Assembly (NCBI GenBank): GCA_038534175.1
Contig: JBCAXI010000001.1
Coordinates: forward strand, 1 to 28,576
DNA from: Planctomycetota bacterium
Lineage (GTDB): Bacteria; Planctomycetota; Phycisphaerae; Phycisphaerales; UBA1924
Direction: 5' to 3'
Length of the DNA stretch: 28,576 bases
The position numbers and the translations under genes were made by a program. Shown piece by piece: positions 1 through 8,406 of this stretch. The notes beneath the pieces were generated by a model, which had not been told where the DNA came from, made no database searches, and saw nothing but the letters and a program-made list of their open reading frames with translations. The stretch's first letter is position 1. Every line of letters begins with the position of its first letter.

Positions 1-1851
1 AGCTTCACCCCCATCGCGCAGAGCGAGCGCAACAAGTCGATCGGCGACCCGCGCGCGATCGTCTGGAACAGCGCGGGCACGCTCGGCTACGTCGCCGGCA
101 TGGGCTCGAGCAACGTGATCGTCATCGATGCCGCCGGCGCGCGCGCCGGACTCTCCGACACGATCAACGTCGGGCACGGGCCCACCGGCCTCGCGCTCGA
201 CGAGGCCCGAAGCCAGCTCTACGTCATGTGCAAGTTCGACAACGCGATCTCGGTCATCGACACCACCACCGAGCTCGAGTCGGCCTTCGTGCCCTTCCAC
301 GACTCGACGCCCAGCGCGATCATCCAGGGACGCAAGTTCTTGTATGACACGCACCTCACCTCGGGACTGGGCCAGGCCGCCTGCGCCTCGTGCCACGTCG
401 ACGCTCGCACCGACGGGCTCGCGTGGGATCTGGGCGACCCCTCGGGCGAGATGAAGGCCTTCGACCAGAACTGCCCCGACGGCGGCTGCGAGGACTGGCA
501 CCCCATGAAGGGGCCCATGACCACGCAGACCATGCAGGACATCATCGGACTCGAGCCGCACCACTGGCGCGGCGATCGCTTCGGCATCGAGGAGTTCAAC
601 GGTGCCTTCTTGAGCATCAACGGCGACGACCAGAACCTCACCGATCAAGAGATGCAACGCTTCGAGGACTTCCTCGCGACCATCCACTTCCCCCCCAGCC
701 CCTTCCGAGATCTCGACAACACCCTGCCCGATGACCTGCCGCTCGACGGGCACTACACCGTCGGACGCTTCGGCCCCGCCGGCCTGCCGCTGCCCAATGG
801 CGACGCCCAACGCGGCCTCGACCTCTACCTCAACGCCAACCTTGACGGCGTGGAGTGCGTCACCTGCCACACGCTCCCGACCGGGACCGGGCCCAACGGC
901 ACGTTCGGCTTCGGCGGCTTCACCGAGCTCCCCGCCGGGCCCAGCGGCGAGCTGCACCACGCCCTCGTCTCCGTCGACGGCTCCACCAACATCTCCATCA
1001 AGATCCCCCAGCTCCGCAACATGCACGAGAAGGTCGGCTTCAACACCACCCAGCTCGAGAACACCGCGGGCTTCGGCTACCTCCACGACGGCTCGGTCGA
1101 CTCCATCGAGCGGTTCATCGCCGAGCCCGTCTTCAGCATTGGCGGCGTGCAGGACCTCGCCGACATGACCGCCTTCATGCTCGCCTTCCCCGGCTCGGAC
1201 CTGCCCCTCGGCTCGCCCGCCAATCCGCTCATGCCTCCCGGCTCGCTGAGCCAGGACACGCACGCCGCGGTGGGCGCGCAGGTGACGCTCGATGGATCGG
1301 GCTCGCCCGCCACGCTCACCCAGCTCGTCGCGCTGGCCGACGCCGGCGCCATCGGTCTCATCGCCAAAGGCCGCGTCGGCGCCGACGCCCGCGGGTACCG
1401 CTACGACGGCGCCGGGGCGTTCCAGTCCGATCGCCTCGCCGACACGACCACCCTGGCGGCGCTCGAAGCGGGCGCCGCTGTCGGCGCCGAGGTCACCTTC
1501 ACGGCCGTCGCGATGGGCATGCAGACTCGCTTGGGGCTCGACCGCGATCTCGACGGCTTCTTCGACCGCGACGAGCTCGACGCCTGCGCCGACCCGGCCG
1601 ATCCGTTCAGCGATCCCACCAACAGCACCTGCTGCTTCGCCGACCTCACGACCGACGGCAGCTCCAACGGCGTCCCCGACGGCCTCGTCAGCCTGTCCGA
1701 CTTCTCGTACTACCTCAGCCTCTGGTCGACCGCCGATCCTGCCGCCGACCTGACCGTCTTCAACGCATGCCTGCCTGGCACGCCCGACGGCGATGTCACG
1801 CTGTCAGACTTCTCGTGCTATCTATCCGAATGGTCCGTCGGTTGCCCCTGA
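1..1851 (+). CDS. 5'-truncated beta-propeller (YVTN/YncE-like) + di-heme cytochrome c (CCP/MauG-like) protein with C-terminal dockerin-like module
   Basis: The frame is open from base 1 (SFTPIAQ...), so the gene starts upstream of the window. Propeller-type repeats (INVGHGPTGLALD...LYV, NAISVIDT). Two CxxCH heme motifs: CASCH 382-396 and CVTCH 856-870. IPQLRN...YLHDGS resembles the CCP/MauG PxLRN...YxHxG segment. Acidic DRDLDGFFDRDE repeat, then the 73-aa GCP-terminal module. Confidence 0.8.
   Translation, partial: SFTPIAQSERNKSIGDPRAIVWNSAGTLGYVAGMGSSNVIVIDAAGARAGLSDTINVGHGPTGLALDEARSQLYVMCKFDNAISVIDTTTELESAFVPFHDSTPSAIIQGRKFLYDTHLTSGLGQAACASCHVDARTDGLAWDLGDPSGEMKAFDQNCPDGGCEDWHPMKGPMTTQTMQDIIGLEPHHWRGDRFGIEEFNGAFLSINGDDQNLTDQEMQRFEDFLATIHFPPSPFRDLDNTLPDDLPLDGHYTVGRFGPAGLPLPNGDAQRGLDLYLNANLDGVECVTCHTLPTGTGPNGTFGFGGFTELPAGPSGELHHALVSVDGSTNISIKIPQLRNMHEKVGFNTTQLENTAGFGYLHDGSVDSIERFIAEPVFSIGGVQDLADMTAFMLAFPGSDLPLGSPANPLMPPGSLSQDTHAAVGAQVTLDGSGSPATLTQLVALADAGAIGLIAKGRVGADARGYRYDGAGAFQSDRLADTTTLAALEAGAAVGAEVTFTAVAMGMQTRLGLDRDLDGFFDRDELDACADPADPFSDPTNSTCCFADLTTDGSSNGVPDGLVSLSDFSYYLSLWSTADPAADLTVFNACLPGTPDGDVTLSDFSCYLSEWSVGCP
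1630..1848 (+). repeat. C-terminal dockerin-like (GC-type) module, copy 1
   Basis: CCFADLTTDG...PDGLVSLSDFSYYLSLW...ADLT...C-x15-CYLSEWSVGCP; 73 aa, aligns with four other copies in the window. Confidence 0.85.
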
Positions 1852-1935
1852 CCGGGCCGGCAAGGCGCCAGGGTTAACCATGGGTGAGGCCGAGGTTGAT
1901 TCGGACCTCGATATCTGTGATGCTGCGAGTTCTGT

Positions 1936-1958
1936 CGACCGGGCCGCCGGTCGCGTTT
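1936..1958 (+). terminator. possible weak intrinsic terminator
   Basis: 7-bp stem cgaccgg/ccggtcg with gccg loop, followed by cgttt. It lies about 85 nt after the stop at 1851 and the U-tract is short. Confidence 0.25.
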
Positions 1959-2050
1959 CCGGGGATGCGGGCGCTCTCGCCCGTGATCAGATCGTCCGAC
2001 GCAGAACGAGCCGAGGGCTCGCTGCGACTTCCAATGTGAAGGGATCATCG

Positions 2051-3742
2051 ATGTCTTGTCGCCTCACGCGCCGTTCCATGCGCGATGTCTCGCGTTGCCT
2101 CGCCGCCGCCATGGTCGTCGCGCCAGCCGGTCTCGCGCTCGCGCAGTCCGATCTACTCCCCGACATCGTCACGCGACAGAGCGATCTGTTCGACAACGAC
2201 ATCGTCACCAACATCTCGCCAGGACGCACGCACCTGCGCCTCTCCAACGGCACCGCCAACTCGGGCGTCGGCAAGCTCCACCTCTTCGGTGGACCCAGCA
2301 ACGGCGACGGCACCCAGCAAGTCTTCCAGCGCGTCTACCGCACCGACGGCTCCCACTGGGACCGCGTCGCGGGCAACTTCGTCTTCCACCCCGGGCACAA
2401 CCACATCCACTTCGAGGACTGGGCGATCTACCGACTGCGTGAGATCCTGCCCGGTGACGGCGTCGGCCCGATCGTCGCCGAGGGCAAGAAGACCTCCTTC
2501 TGCATCATCGACCTCGGCGTCTACGACAGCTCCATTCCCGGATTCCTGCCGGGCGGCGAGTTCAACACCTGCGGGTCCACCACGCAGGGCCTCAGCGTCG
2601 GTTGGATCGACATCTACTCCAAGTTCCTCACCGACCAGAACATCGACATCACCGACGTCCCCGACGGCGAGTACTGGCTTGAGTCCACCGCCAACCCCGA
2701 CGGCCTCGCGCTCGAGCACTCCCTCTCGAACAACACCGCCCGCGTCAAGGTCACCATCGACATCGATGGCGGCGGCGGCCCCGGCGGCGGCGAAACCCTG
2801 CCCGCGGACGGCTACGAGCCCAACGACAACTTCCAGCAGGTCCTCAGCCGGCCCGCCGGCGGGCCCAACAGCCCCAACCTCGGGCCCTGCAACCCCGACC
2901 GGCTCGTGGAGGGTCTCACGGTCGATGACTACTTCGACAGCGACCGCTTCAGCTTCTACATGCCCGCGACCGGCGGCCCGGGCGACTACATCGAGGCACG
3001 CTTCGACCACAGCGACGGCGACCTCGACGTGCGCCTCTACAACAGCTTCAACCACACCGTCGCCACCGCCGACAGCGCCGACGATGACGAGGTCATCTCG
3101 ATGAACGGGCGCCCCTCGGGGTGGTACACCATCGAGGTCTACGGCTTCGAGGACGCGGTCAACGAGTACGACCTCTACGTCAACCCCTCGGCCAACCTCG
3201 CGCCCACCGTCACCCCCCTCGCCCCGCTCACCGACGACGCCGTCGTCTACTCGCTCGAGACCTACACCACCGAGTGGAGCTTCTCCGACCCCGAGAACAA
3301 CGACGCCTGGGTCACCATCTACGCCAACGAGACCCAGGACTTCAACGGTGCGCTCCAACTGCCCACCAGCCTCCACACCCCCGCCGAGCAGGGCCTGCAC
3401 GTCATCAACACCACCTACCTCGCCGAGAACACCACGTATTGGATCTACCAGGAGATCACCGACGGCGGCACGACCAGCGGCGCTTGGGCCCCCGGTCGCC
3501 TGACCATGACCGGCCAGGCCTGCTCCGCGGCCGACATCACCACCGACGGCACCTCCAACGAGCTGCCCGATGGCGCCGTCACCATCTCCGACTTCTCCGT
3601 CTACCTCAACTGGTGGTCCACCGCCGATAGCCGCGCCGACATCACCGTGACCGGCGTGTGCAACCCGGGCAACGGCGGCGACGGCGTCGACCTCTCTGAC
3701 TTCTCCTGCTACCTCGACGCCTGGTCGCAGGGCTGCCCCTAA
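2051..3742 (+). CDS. secreted bacterial lysyl oxidase family protein with PPC-like domain and C-terminal dockerin-like module
   Basis: Start moved from 1793 to ATG 2051 (aaggga SD-like upstream; 2078 is an alternative). Signal peptide ends in ALA-Q. Cu-binding HPGHNHIH at 2387-2410, KTSFC (LTQ Lys, 2489-2491) and GWIDIY (LTQ Tyr, 2615-2617), followed by QNIDITDVPDGEYWL..NPD..E...NN as in the LOX catalytic domain. YEPND...DGDLDVRLY...YTIEVYGF is pre-peptidase C-terminal-like. Confidence 0.85.
   Translation: MSCRLTRRSMRDVSRCLAAAMVVAPAGLALAQSDLLPDIVTRQSDLFDNDIVTNISPGRTHLRLSNGTANSGVGKLHLFGGPSNGDGTQQVFQRVYRTDGSHWDRVAGNFVFHPGHNHIHFEDWAIYRLREILPGDGVGPIVAEGKKTSFCIIDLGVYDSSIPGFLPGGEFNTCGSTTQGLSVGWIDIYSKFLTDQNIDITDVPDGEYWLESTANPDGLALEHSLSNNTARVKVTIDIDGGGGPGGGETLPADGYEPNDNFQQVLSRPAGGPNSPNLGPCNPDRLVEGLTVDDYFDSDRFSFYMPATGGPGDYIEARFDHSDGDLDVRLYNSFNHTVATADSADDDEVISMNGRPSGWYTIEVYGFEDAVNEYDLYVNPSANLAPTVTPLAPLTDDAVVYSLETYTTEWSFSDPENNDAWVTIYANETQDFNGALQLPTSLHTPAEQGLHVINTTYLAENTTYWIYQEITDGGTTSGAWAPGRLTMTGQACSAADITTDGTSNELPDGAVTISDFSVYLNWWSTADSRADITVTGVCNPGNGGDGVDLSDFSCYLDAWSQGCP
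3521..3739 (+). repeat. C-terminal dockerin-like (GC-type) module, copy 2
   Basis: CSAADITTDG...PDGAVTISDFSVYLNWW...ADIT..VC-x15-CYLDAWSQGCP; 73 aa. Confidence 0.85.
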
Positions 3743-3777
3743 TCGTCGCCCGATAGAGCCAACACGCTCGAAGAGTC

Positions 3778-3816
3778 AACCCGCGTCGATGCACGCCGCA
3801 TCGACGCGGGTTTTTT
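3778..3816 (+). terminator. rho-independent terminator
   Basis: Perfect 15-bp stem aacccgcgtcgatgc (3778-3792) / gcatcgacgcgggtt (3798-3812), 5-nt loop, T-run 3811-3816, 35 nt after the stop at 3742. Confidence 0.85.
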
Positions 3817-3869
3817 CGTGCACACTCGCCGAGCGCCCCAGTACCCTCGCGCGACGGGAGGCGCGCCGC

Positions 3870-5243
3870 ATGACATACCGACAAACACGCCGCATCGATC
3901 GACTCGGTTCCGTGCTCACGATCGCCGTCGCGGCGGGGCTCGCGAGCGCGCAGCCGCTCGATCTTGTCTTCTTCTTCCATGATCAGACGCCCGACGTCAT
4001 CTACCGCGCGTGGGACGCCAACGGCGACGGCGACTGCCACGACCCGGGCGAGGTCACGGTCTTCGTCGACGACGCCGACATGCTGCTGGGCATCGACAAC
4101 GCGCAGGGCCTCGTCGCGCTCAGCGCCACTTCCATCATCGCGACGGACAACTTCGAGCCCGACAACATCGTGCGCTTCGTCGACACCAACCTCGACGGCG
4201 ACGCGCTCGATGCGGGCGAGGCCAGCGTGTTCTTCTCGGGCGACATCGGCGGGGGCGAGACGCTCTCGAATCCCACCGATCTGTTCGACGCGCCCGACGG
4301 ATCGTTCTGGATCGTCGATGTCACGGTCGGCGTCACGCCGGCGCCGCCCTCGCGCGTCTACCGGTTGGAGGATCTCAACGAAGACCAGGACGCCGACGAC
4401 CCCGGCGAGCGCACGGACTTTTTCGAGCTCGCGCCCGCAGGCATGGGCGGGCCGGCGATCTTCGATCTCGTCGTCGGCGCGGGCGGGGAGGTGTACGTCT
4501 GCGACCTCAGCGACCCGCAGCAGATCGAGTCGATCGACGTCATCGATCCCGCCGGCGTGGCGCGCACGGAGTGGCTCGGCAGCGACACGCTCTTCGGGCT
4601 GACGGGCCAGTATCTCTTCAGCGGCACCTACGAGCTGGAGATCGATCCCGCCCAGGGCGTCGTCTACTTCAGCCCGTCGACGCTCAACAACAACGCCGCC
4701 CTGCTCGGGGCCCGCGATCTCAACGGCAGCGGCGATATCGACGCGCCCAACGAGGTCGTGGTGTTCTTCGACGAGAACGCCTCGGCCGAGGGAATCAACG
4801 TTGGCTCGCTGCGCGACTTCAAGCGCCTGGACGACGGGCGGTTCGTCGCGACCGACGCCGGGCAAGATCGCGTCTACGTGCTCGAGGATCTGAACACCGA
4901 TTTCGACTTCAATGACGCGGGCGAGATCCGCGTGGCGTACGACGGCGACACCGCCGCGGCGAACGGAGAGCCGGACCTCATCCTGCCCCTCTCCATCGAC
5001 GCGGCACCGCTGCCCGCGGGCTGCGGGCCGGGCGATCTGACGACCACCGGCTCGGACCTTGGTGTGCCCGACGGGCTCGTCGATCTCTCGGACTTCTCGT
5101 ACTACTTGGGCCTCTGGGCCGCCGACGCGCCGCGCGCCGATGTCACGCCAGAGAGCACGTGCGACTTCAACGTGCCCGATGGCGCCGTCACGCTCTCAGA
5201 CTTCGCGTGCTACCTCAGCGTCTGGGCCACCGGCTGCCCCTGA
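3870..5243 (+). CDS. secreted probable beta-propeller protein with five DxNxDxD-type acidic loops and C-terminal dockerin-like module
   Basis: ATG 3870 with gggagg SD 8 nt upstream (the ORF track start at 3789 lies inside the terminator). Signal peptide ends in ASA-Q. Repeats DANGDGD, DTNLDGD, DLNEDQD, DLNGSGD and DLNTDFD are each followed by xxxxxE..xF. The catalytic function is not recognisable. Confidence 0.75.
   Translation: MTYRQTRRIDRLGSVLTIAVAAGLASAQPLDLVFFFHDQTPDVIYRAWDANGDGDCHDPGEVTVFVDDADMLLGIDNAQGLVALSATSIIATDNFEPDNIVRFVDTNLDGDALDAGEASVFFSGDIGGGETLSNPTDLFDAPDGSFWIVDVTVGVTPAPPSRVYRLEDLNEDQDADDPGERTDFFELAPAGMGGPAIFDLVVGAGGEVYVCDLSDPQQIESIDVIDPAGVARTEWLGSDTLFGLTGQYLFSGTYELEIDPAQGVVYFSPSTLNNNAALLGARDLNGSGDIDAPNEVVVFFDENASAEGINVGSLRDFKRLDDGRFVATDAGQDRVYVLEDLNTDFDFNDAGEIRVAYDGDTAAANGEPDLILPLSIDAAPLPAGCGPGDLTTTGSDLGVPDGLVDLSDFSYYLGLWAADAPRADVTPESTCDFNVPDGAVTLSDFACYLSVWATGCP
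5022..5240 (+). repeat. C-terminal dockerin-like (GC-type) module, copy 3
   Basis: CGPGDLTTTG...PDGLVDLSDFSYYLGLW...ADVT...C-x15-CYLSVWATGCP; 73 aa. Confidence 0.85.
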
Positions 5244-5516
5244 TCGCGTCTCGCGGGCTATCGGTCCATCGCGCAGGTTGCGGCGTGGGCGGTGCCCGAG
5301 CAGGGCCCAACCCTGGCGCCCCGCGCCATCGCCCAGTTTGCCGGAACATCCCGACCTTCGAACACGAAGGCTTGCCCGAAGCTGCAGTCGCCGCGCGACG
5401 GTTGGTGTCCACCCCCCTCTGGGGTAGTGTGTGCGAACCGCGTCTCGCGGGGCTCGTGGATGTTCTTCCGGGGTTCTTTCCCGGGCCAATCGGTCGTTAG
5501 AGAAGGGATCACGAGG

Positions 5517-6842
5517 ATGGGTTGTATGAAGACCGCCGCCACCGCGGCGTGCATCGTTTGTTTCGCTGGCGTCGCGATCGCCCAGAGCGCCGCGCCGCGG
5601 GCCATCGCCGACGCCCAGCCGCTGCACCGCTGGGCCCAGCACAACGTGCAGTTCCACGACAATGGCACCGTGACCGCCAACGGACAGGTCTGGGACAGCG
5701 CCGACGCGTACATCGCCAGCGATTACTTCCAGGCCAACGGGCTCCGCTGCCCCGTCGCGTTCACCGAGGCCGAGCTCATCGAGGCCGAGGCGTTCGCCCT
5801 CCGCGGCTCCACCGCCGACTGCAGCTCCGGCTCCACGAGCATCTTGCCCGAGTACGACCCTGCCACCGGCGATGTCCTGCGCATCCCTGTGGTCGTCCAC
5901 GTCATCCAGAACACCGGCGGCACTGGCTTCATCTCCGAGAGCCGCGTCCAGAGCCAGATCGACATCCTCAACGAGGACTTCCGCGCCCTGCCTGGCACCA
6001 ACGGTGCCCCAGGCGCCGACACCGGCATCGAGTTCTTCCTCGCCACCGAGGATCCCGGCGGCAACCCCACCAACGGCATCACCTACTCGACCAACAACAC
6101 CTGGTTCAACGATGGCGGCAGCTACTGGAACAGCCTCGCCTGGGACCCCAACCGCTACCTCAACATCTACACCAACTCCGCCAGCGGCAACCTCGGCTAC
6201 GTGCCCTTCCTTCCGCAGACCAACCCCGGCGCCATCGGCTCCAACTCCGACCGCGCCGTCGTGCTGCACTCCTCGTTCGGACGCAACGCGCCCATCGCCA
6301 ACTACGACCTCGGACGCACCGCGACGCACGAGGTCGGGCACTACCTGGGCCTCTTCCACACCTTCCAGTCCGGCTGCGGCAGCGCCTCCAGCTGCTACAC
6401 CACCGGCGACCGCATCTGCGACACCAACCCCGAGAACAGCCCCTTCTTCGGCTGCTCGGCTGGCCGATCGACCTGCGGCTCGTCCGACCCCATCGACAAC
6501 TACATGGACTACTCGTACGACGTCTGCATGAACAAGTTCACCCCAGAGCAGGCCAACCGCATGCGCTGCACCCTGTTCAACTACCGCTCGAGCCTGTATG
6601 TCATCGACGCGGTCGGGCCCTGCTCGCCCGCCGACGTCACGACCGACGCCACCAGCAACGGCGAGCCCGACGGGGCTGTCACGCTCTCCGACTTCTCGTT
6701 CTACCTGAGCCTCTGGTCGAGCGGCGATGCCGCTGCCGACATCACCACCATCAGCGTCTGCAACCCCGGCGCGGGCGGCGATGGCGTCGACCTGTCCGAC
6801 TTCTCGTGCTACCTCGCCACCTGGTCCGACGGCTGCCCCTGA
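5517..6842 (+). CDS. secreted M43 (pappalysin/ulilysin-like) zinc metalloprotease with C-terminal dockerin-like module
   Basis: Start at ATG 5517 or 5526 (SD-like aaggga / gagga), not 5292. Signal peptide ends in AIA-Q. Putative Cys-switch LRC. IPVVVHVI...I...RVQSQIDILNEDF, WDPNRYLNIY, GRTATHEVGHYLGLFHTF (HExxHxxGxxH at 6327-6359) and Met-turn NYMDY are typical of M43. Confidence 0.9.
   Translation: MGCMKTAATAACIVCFAGVAIAQSAAPRAIADAQPLHRWAQHNVQFHDNGTVTANGQVWDSADAYIASDYFQANGLRCPVAFTEAELIEAEAFALRGSTADCSSGSTSILPEYDPATGDVLRIPVVVHVIQNTGGTGFISESRVQSQIDILNEDFRALPGTNGAPGADTGIEFFLATEDPGGNPTNGITYSTNNTWFNDGGSYWNSLAWDPNRYLNIYTNSASGNLGYVPFLPQTNPGAIGSNSDRAVVLHSSFGRNAPIANYDLGRTATHEVGHYLGLFHTFQSGCGSASSCYTTGDRICDTNPENSPFFGCSAGRSTCGSSDPIDNYMDYSYDVCMNKFTPEQANRMRCTLFNYRSSLYVIDAVGPCSPADVTTDATSNGEPDGAVTLSDFSFYLSLWSSGDAAADITTISVCNPGAGGDGVDLSDFSCYLATWSDGCP
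6621..6839 (+). repeat. C-terminal dockerin-like (GC-type) module, copy 4
   Basis: CSPADVTTDA...PDGAVTLSDFSFYLSLW...ADIT..VC-x15-CYLATWSDGCP; 73 aa. Confidence 0.85.
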
Positions 6843-7046
6843 TCGACCGCCCGCTCCCCGGAGCGAGTCCGGGCCGGGTCGCGTGAGCCGGCCAAAAATC
6901 ACCGAGCCCCATCCGTCAAGGGCCGATCGGACATCGCTCCGGTCGGCCCTTTTGCGTGCGCCTTCCATCGCGAGCGCCGATGTGTTATCAATGCAGGACG
7001 CGGCCGACCGATCCCTTAGCCGCCCATCGCGATCCGGAGGGCTCCC

Positions 7047-8369
7047 GTGGCGTCGATCGTCTTCTACTTCCAGGTTCACCAGCCCTTCCGCCTGCGCCGG
7101 TACTCGGTCTTCGACGCCGACCCGTTCTACTTCGAGGACCGCAAGAACGCCGAGATCTGCGAGAAGGTCGCCACCAAGTGCTACCGCCCGACGACCGAGC
7201 TCATCCTCGATCTCGTCAAGCGGCATAAGGGCAACTTCAAGGTGTCGTACGCCATCACCGGCGTCGTGCTCGACCAGTTCGAGCACTTCACCCCCGACGT
7301 GCTCGACCTGTTCAAGCGCCTCAACGACACCGGCTGCTGCGAGTTCGTCGCCGAGACCTACCACCACTCGCTCTCATTCCTGTACGACCACGCCGAATTC
7401 GTCAAGCAGGTCGACATGCACACCGAGCGGATCCAGGACCTCTTCGGCCAGACGCCCCGCGTCTTCCGCAACACCGAGCTCATCTACAACAACCAGCTCG
7501 CGCGCTTCCTCGCCTCCATGAAGAACAAGGACGGCACGCCCCGGTTCGCCGGCGCCCTCTGCGAGGGTGTCGATCGAATCCTCGGCGACCGAAGCCCCAA
7601 CTATGCCTATCGCCCCATCGAGGGCCTGGGCGGCGAGGTCCTCAAGGGCCCCGATGGCCGCGACTTCACGATGCTGCTCAAGAACTACCGGCTGAGCGAT
7701 GACATCGCGTTCCGGTTCTCAGACCGCGGCTGGAGCGAGTGGCCGCTGTCCGCCGACCGCTTCGCCCAGTGGGTCCACCAGATCAACGGCGACGGCTACC
7801 TCTGCAACCTCTTCATGGACTACGAGACCTTCGGCGAGCACCAGTGGGCCGACACCGGCGTCTTCCAGTTCCTCGACAAGCTCCCCGAGGCCATCTTCGA
7901 CATCGCCCCGGGCGAGAACCACTTCAACACGCCCAGCGAGGCCATCGCCCGGTTCGAGCCCGTCGGCGTCTACGACGTCCACGACACCATCTCGTGGGCC
8001 GACACCGAGCGTGACCTCACCGCCTGGCGCGGCAACGCCATGCAGCACAACGCCCTCGACGAGACCTACCGCGTCGGCGCGGTCGTCAAGAAGCGCCTGG
8101 CCGAGGCCGAGATCTCGGGCGACGACGAGGTCATCGCCCAGGCGAACTTCCTGCTCAACGACTGGCGCAAGCTCACCACCAGCGACCACTTCTATTACAT
8201 GTGCACCAAGTACTTCGCCGACGGAGACGTCCACAAGTACTTCAACCCCTACGACTCACCCTACGACAGCTACATCAACTTCATGAACGTGCTCGACAAC
8301 GTCCGCACCCGCTGCGCCGCGATCGCCGAGAAGCTGGGCGTCACGCCCGATGTCGCCGAGAAAGTCTGA
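7047..8369 (+). CDS. glycoside hydrolase family 57 (alpha-amylase/amylopullulanase-like)
   Basis: GTG start with ggagg SD. GH57 conserved regions YFQVHQP, ETYHHSL, FRNTELIY (nucleophile Glu), FMDYETFGEHQW (acid/base Asp), SWAD.ERD...W.GN and TSDHFYYM. Confidence 0.9.
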   Translation: MASIVFYFQVHQPFRLRRYSVFDADPFYFEDRKNAEICEKVATKCYRPTTELILDLVKRHKGNFKVSYAITGVVLDQFEHFTPDVLDLFKRLNDTGCCEFVAETYHHSLSFLYDHAEFVKQVDMHTERIQDLFGQTPRVFRNTELIYNNQLARFLASMKNKDGTPRFAGALCEGVDRILGDRSPNYAYRPIEGLGGEVLKGPDGRDFTMLLKNYRLSDDIAFRFSDRGWSEWPLSADRFAQWVHQINGDGYLCNLFMDYETFGEHQWADTGVFQFLDKLPEAIFDIAPGENHFNTPSEAIARFEPVGVYDVHDTISWADTERDLTAWRGNAMQHNALDETYRVGAVVKKRLAEAEISGDDEVIAQANFLLNDWRKLTTSDHFYYMCTKYFADGDVHKYFNPYDSPYDSYINFMNVLDNVRTRCAAIAEKLGVTPDVAEKV

Positions 8370-8406
8370 GCGCCGCCGCCCGCCGCGTCCATGGTCCTGA
8401 TAGGAC

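Noticed and set aside
1793-2050. ORF-track N-terminal extensions for the genes at 1793, 3789, 5292, 11621, 22884 and 25113
   Set aside because: They overlap neighbouring genes, terminators or promoters. Downstream starts have an SD or -10 box and give correct signal peptides or family N-termini.
1680-6830. Recurring nucleotide motif of the type ctstcsgacttctcgtgctacct, superficially like a CRISPR repeat
   Set aside because: The copies lie in frame within the dockerin-like modules (LSDFSCYL), spacing is about 120 bp or kilobases, and no cas genes are present.
5196-7367. 723-aa minus-strand ORF and other long alternative-frame ORFs (e.g. 2153-3400, 3642-4865, 11609-13081, 16246-18318, 16299-18251, 19574-21874, 24653-25639)
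   Set aside because: They overlap well-supported genes in other frames, are Arg/Ala/Gly-rich or antisense mirrors, and have no family motifs. Such ORFs are expected from stop-codon scarcity at about 70% GC.
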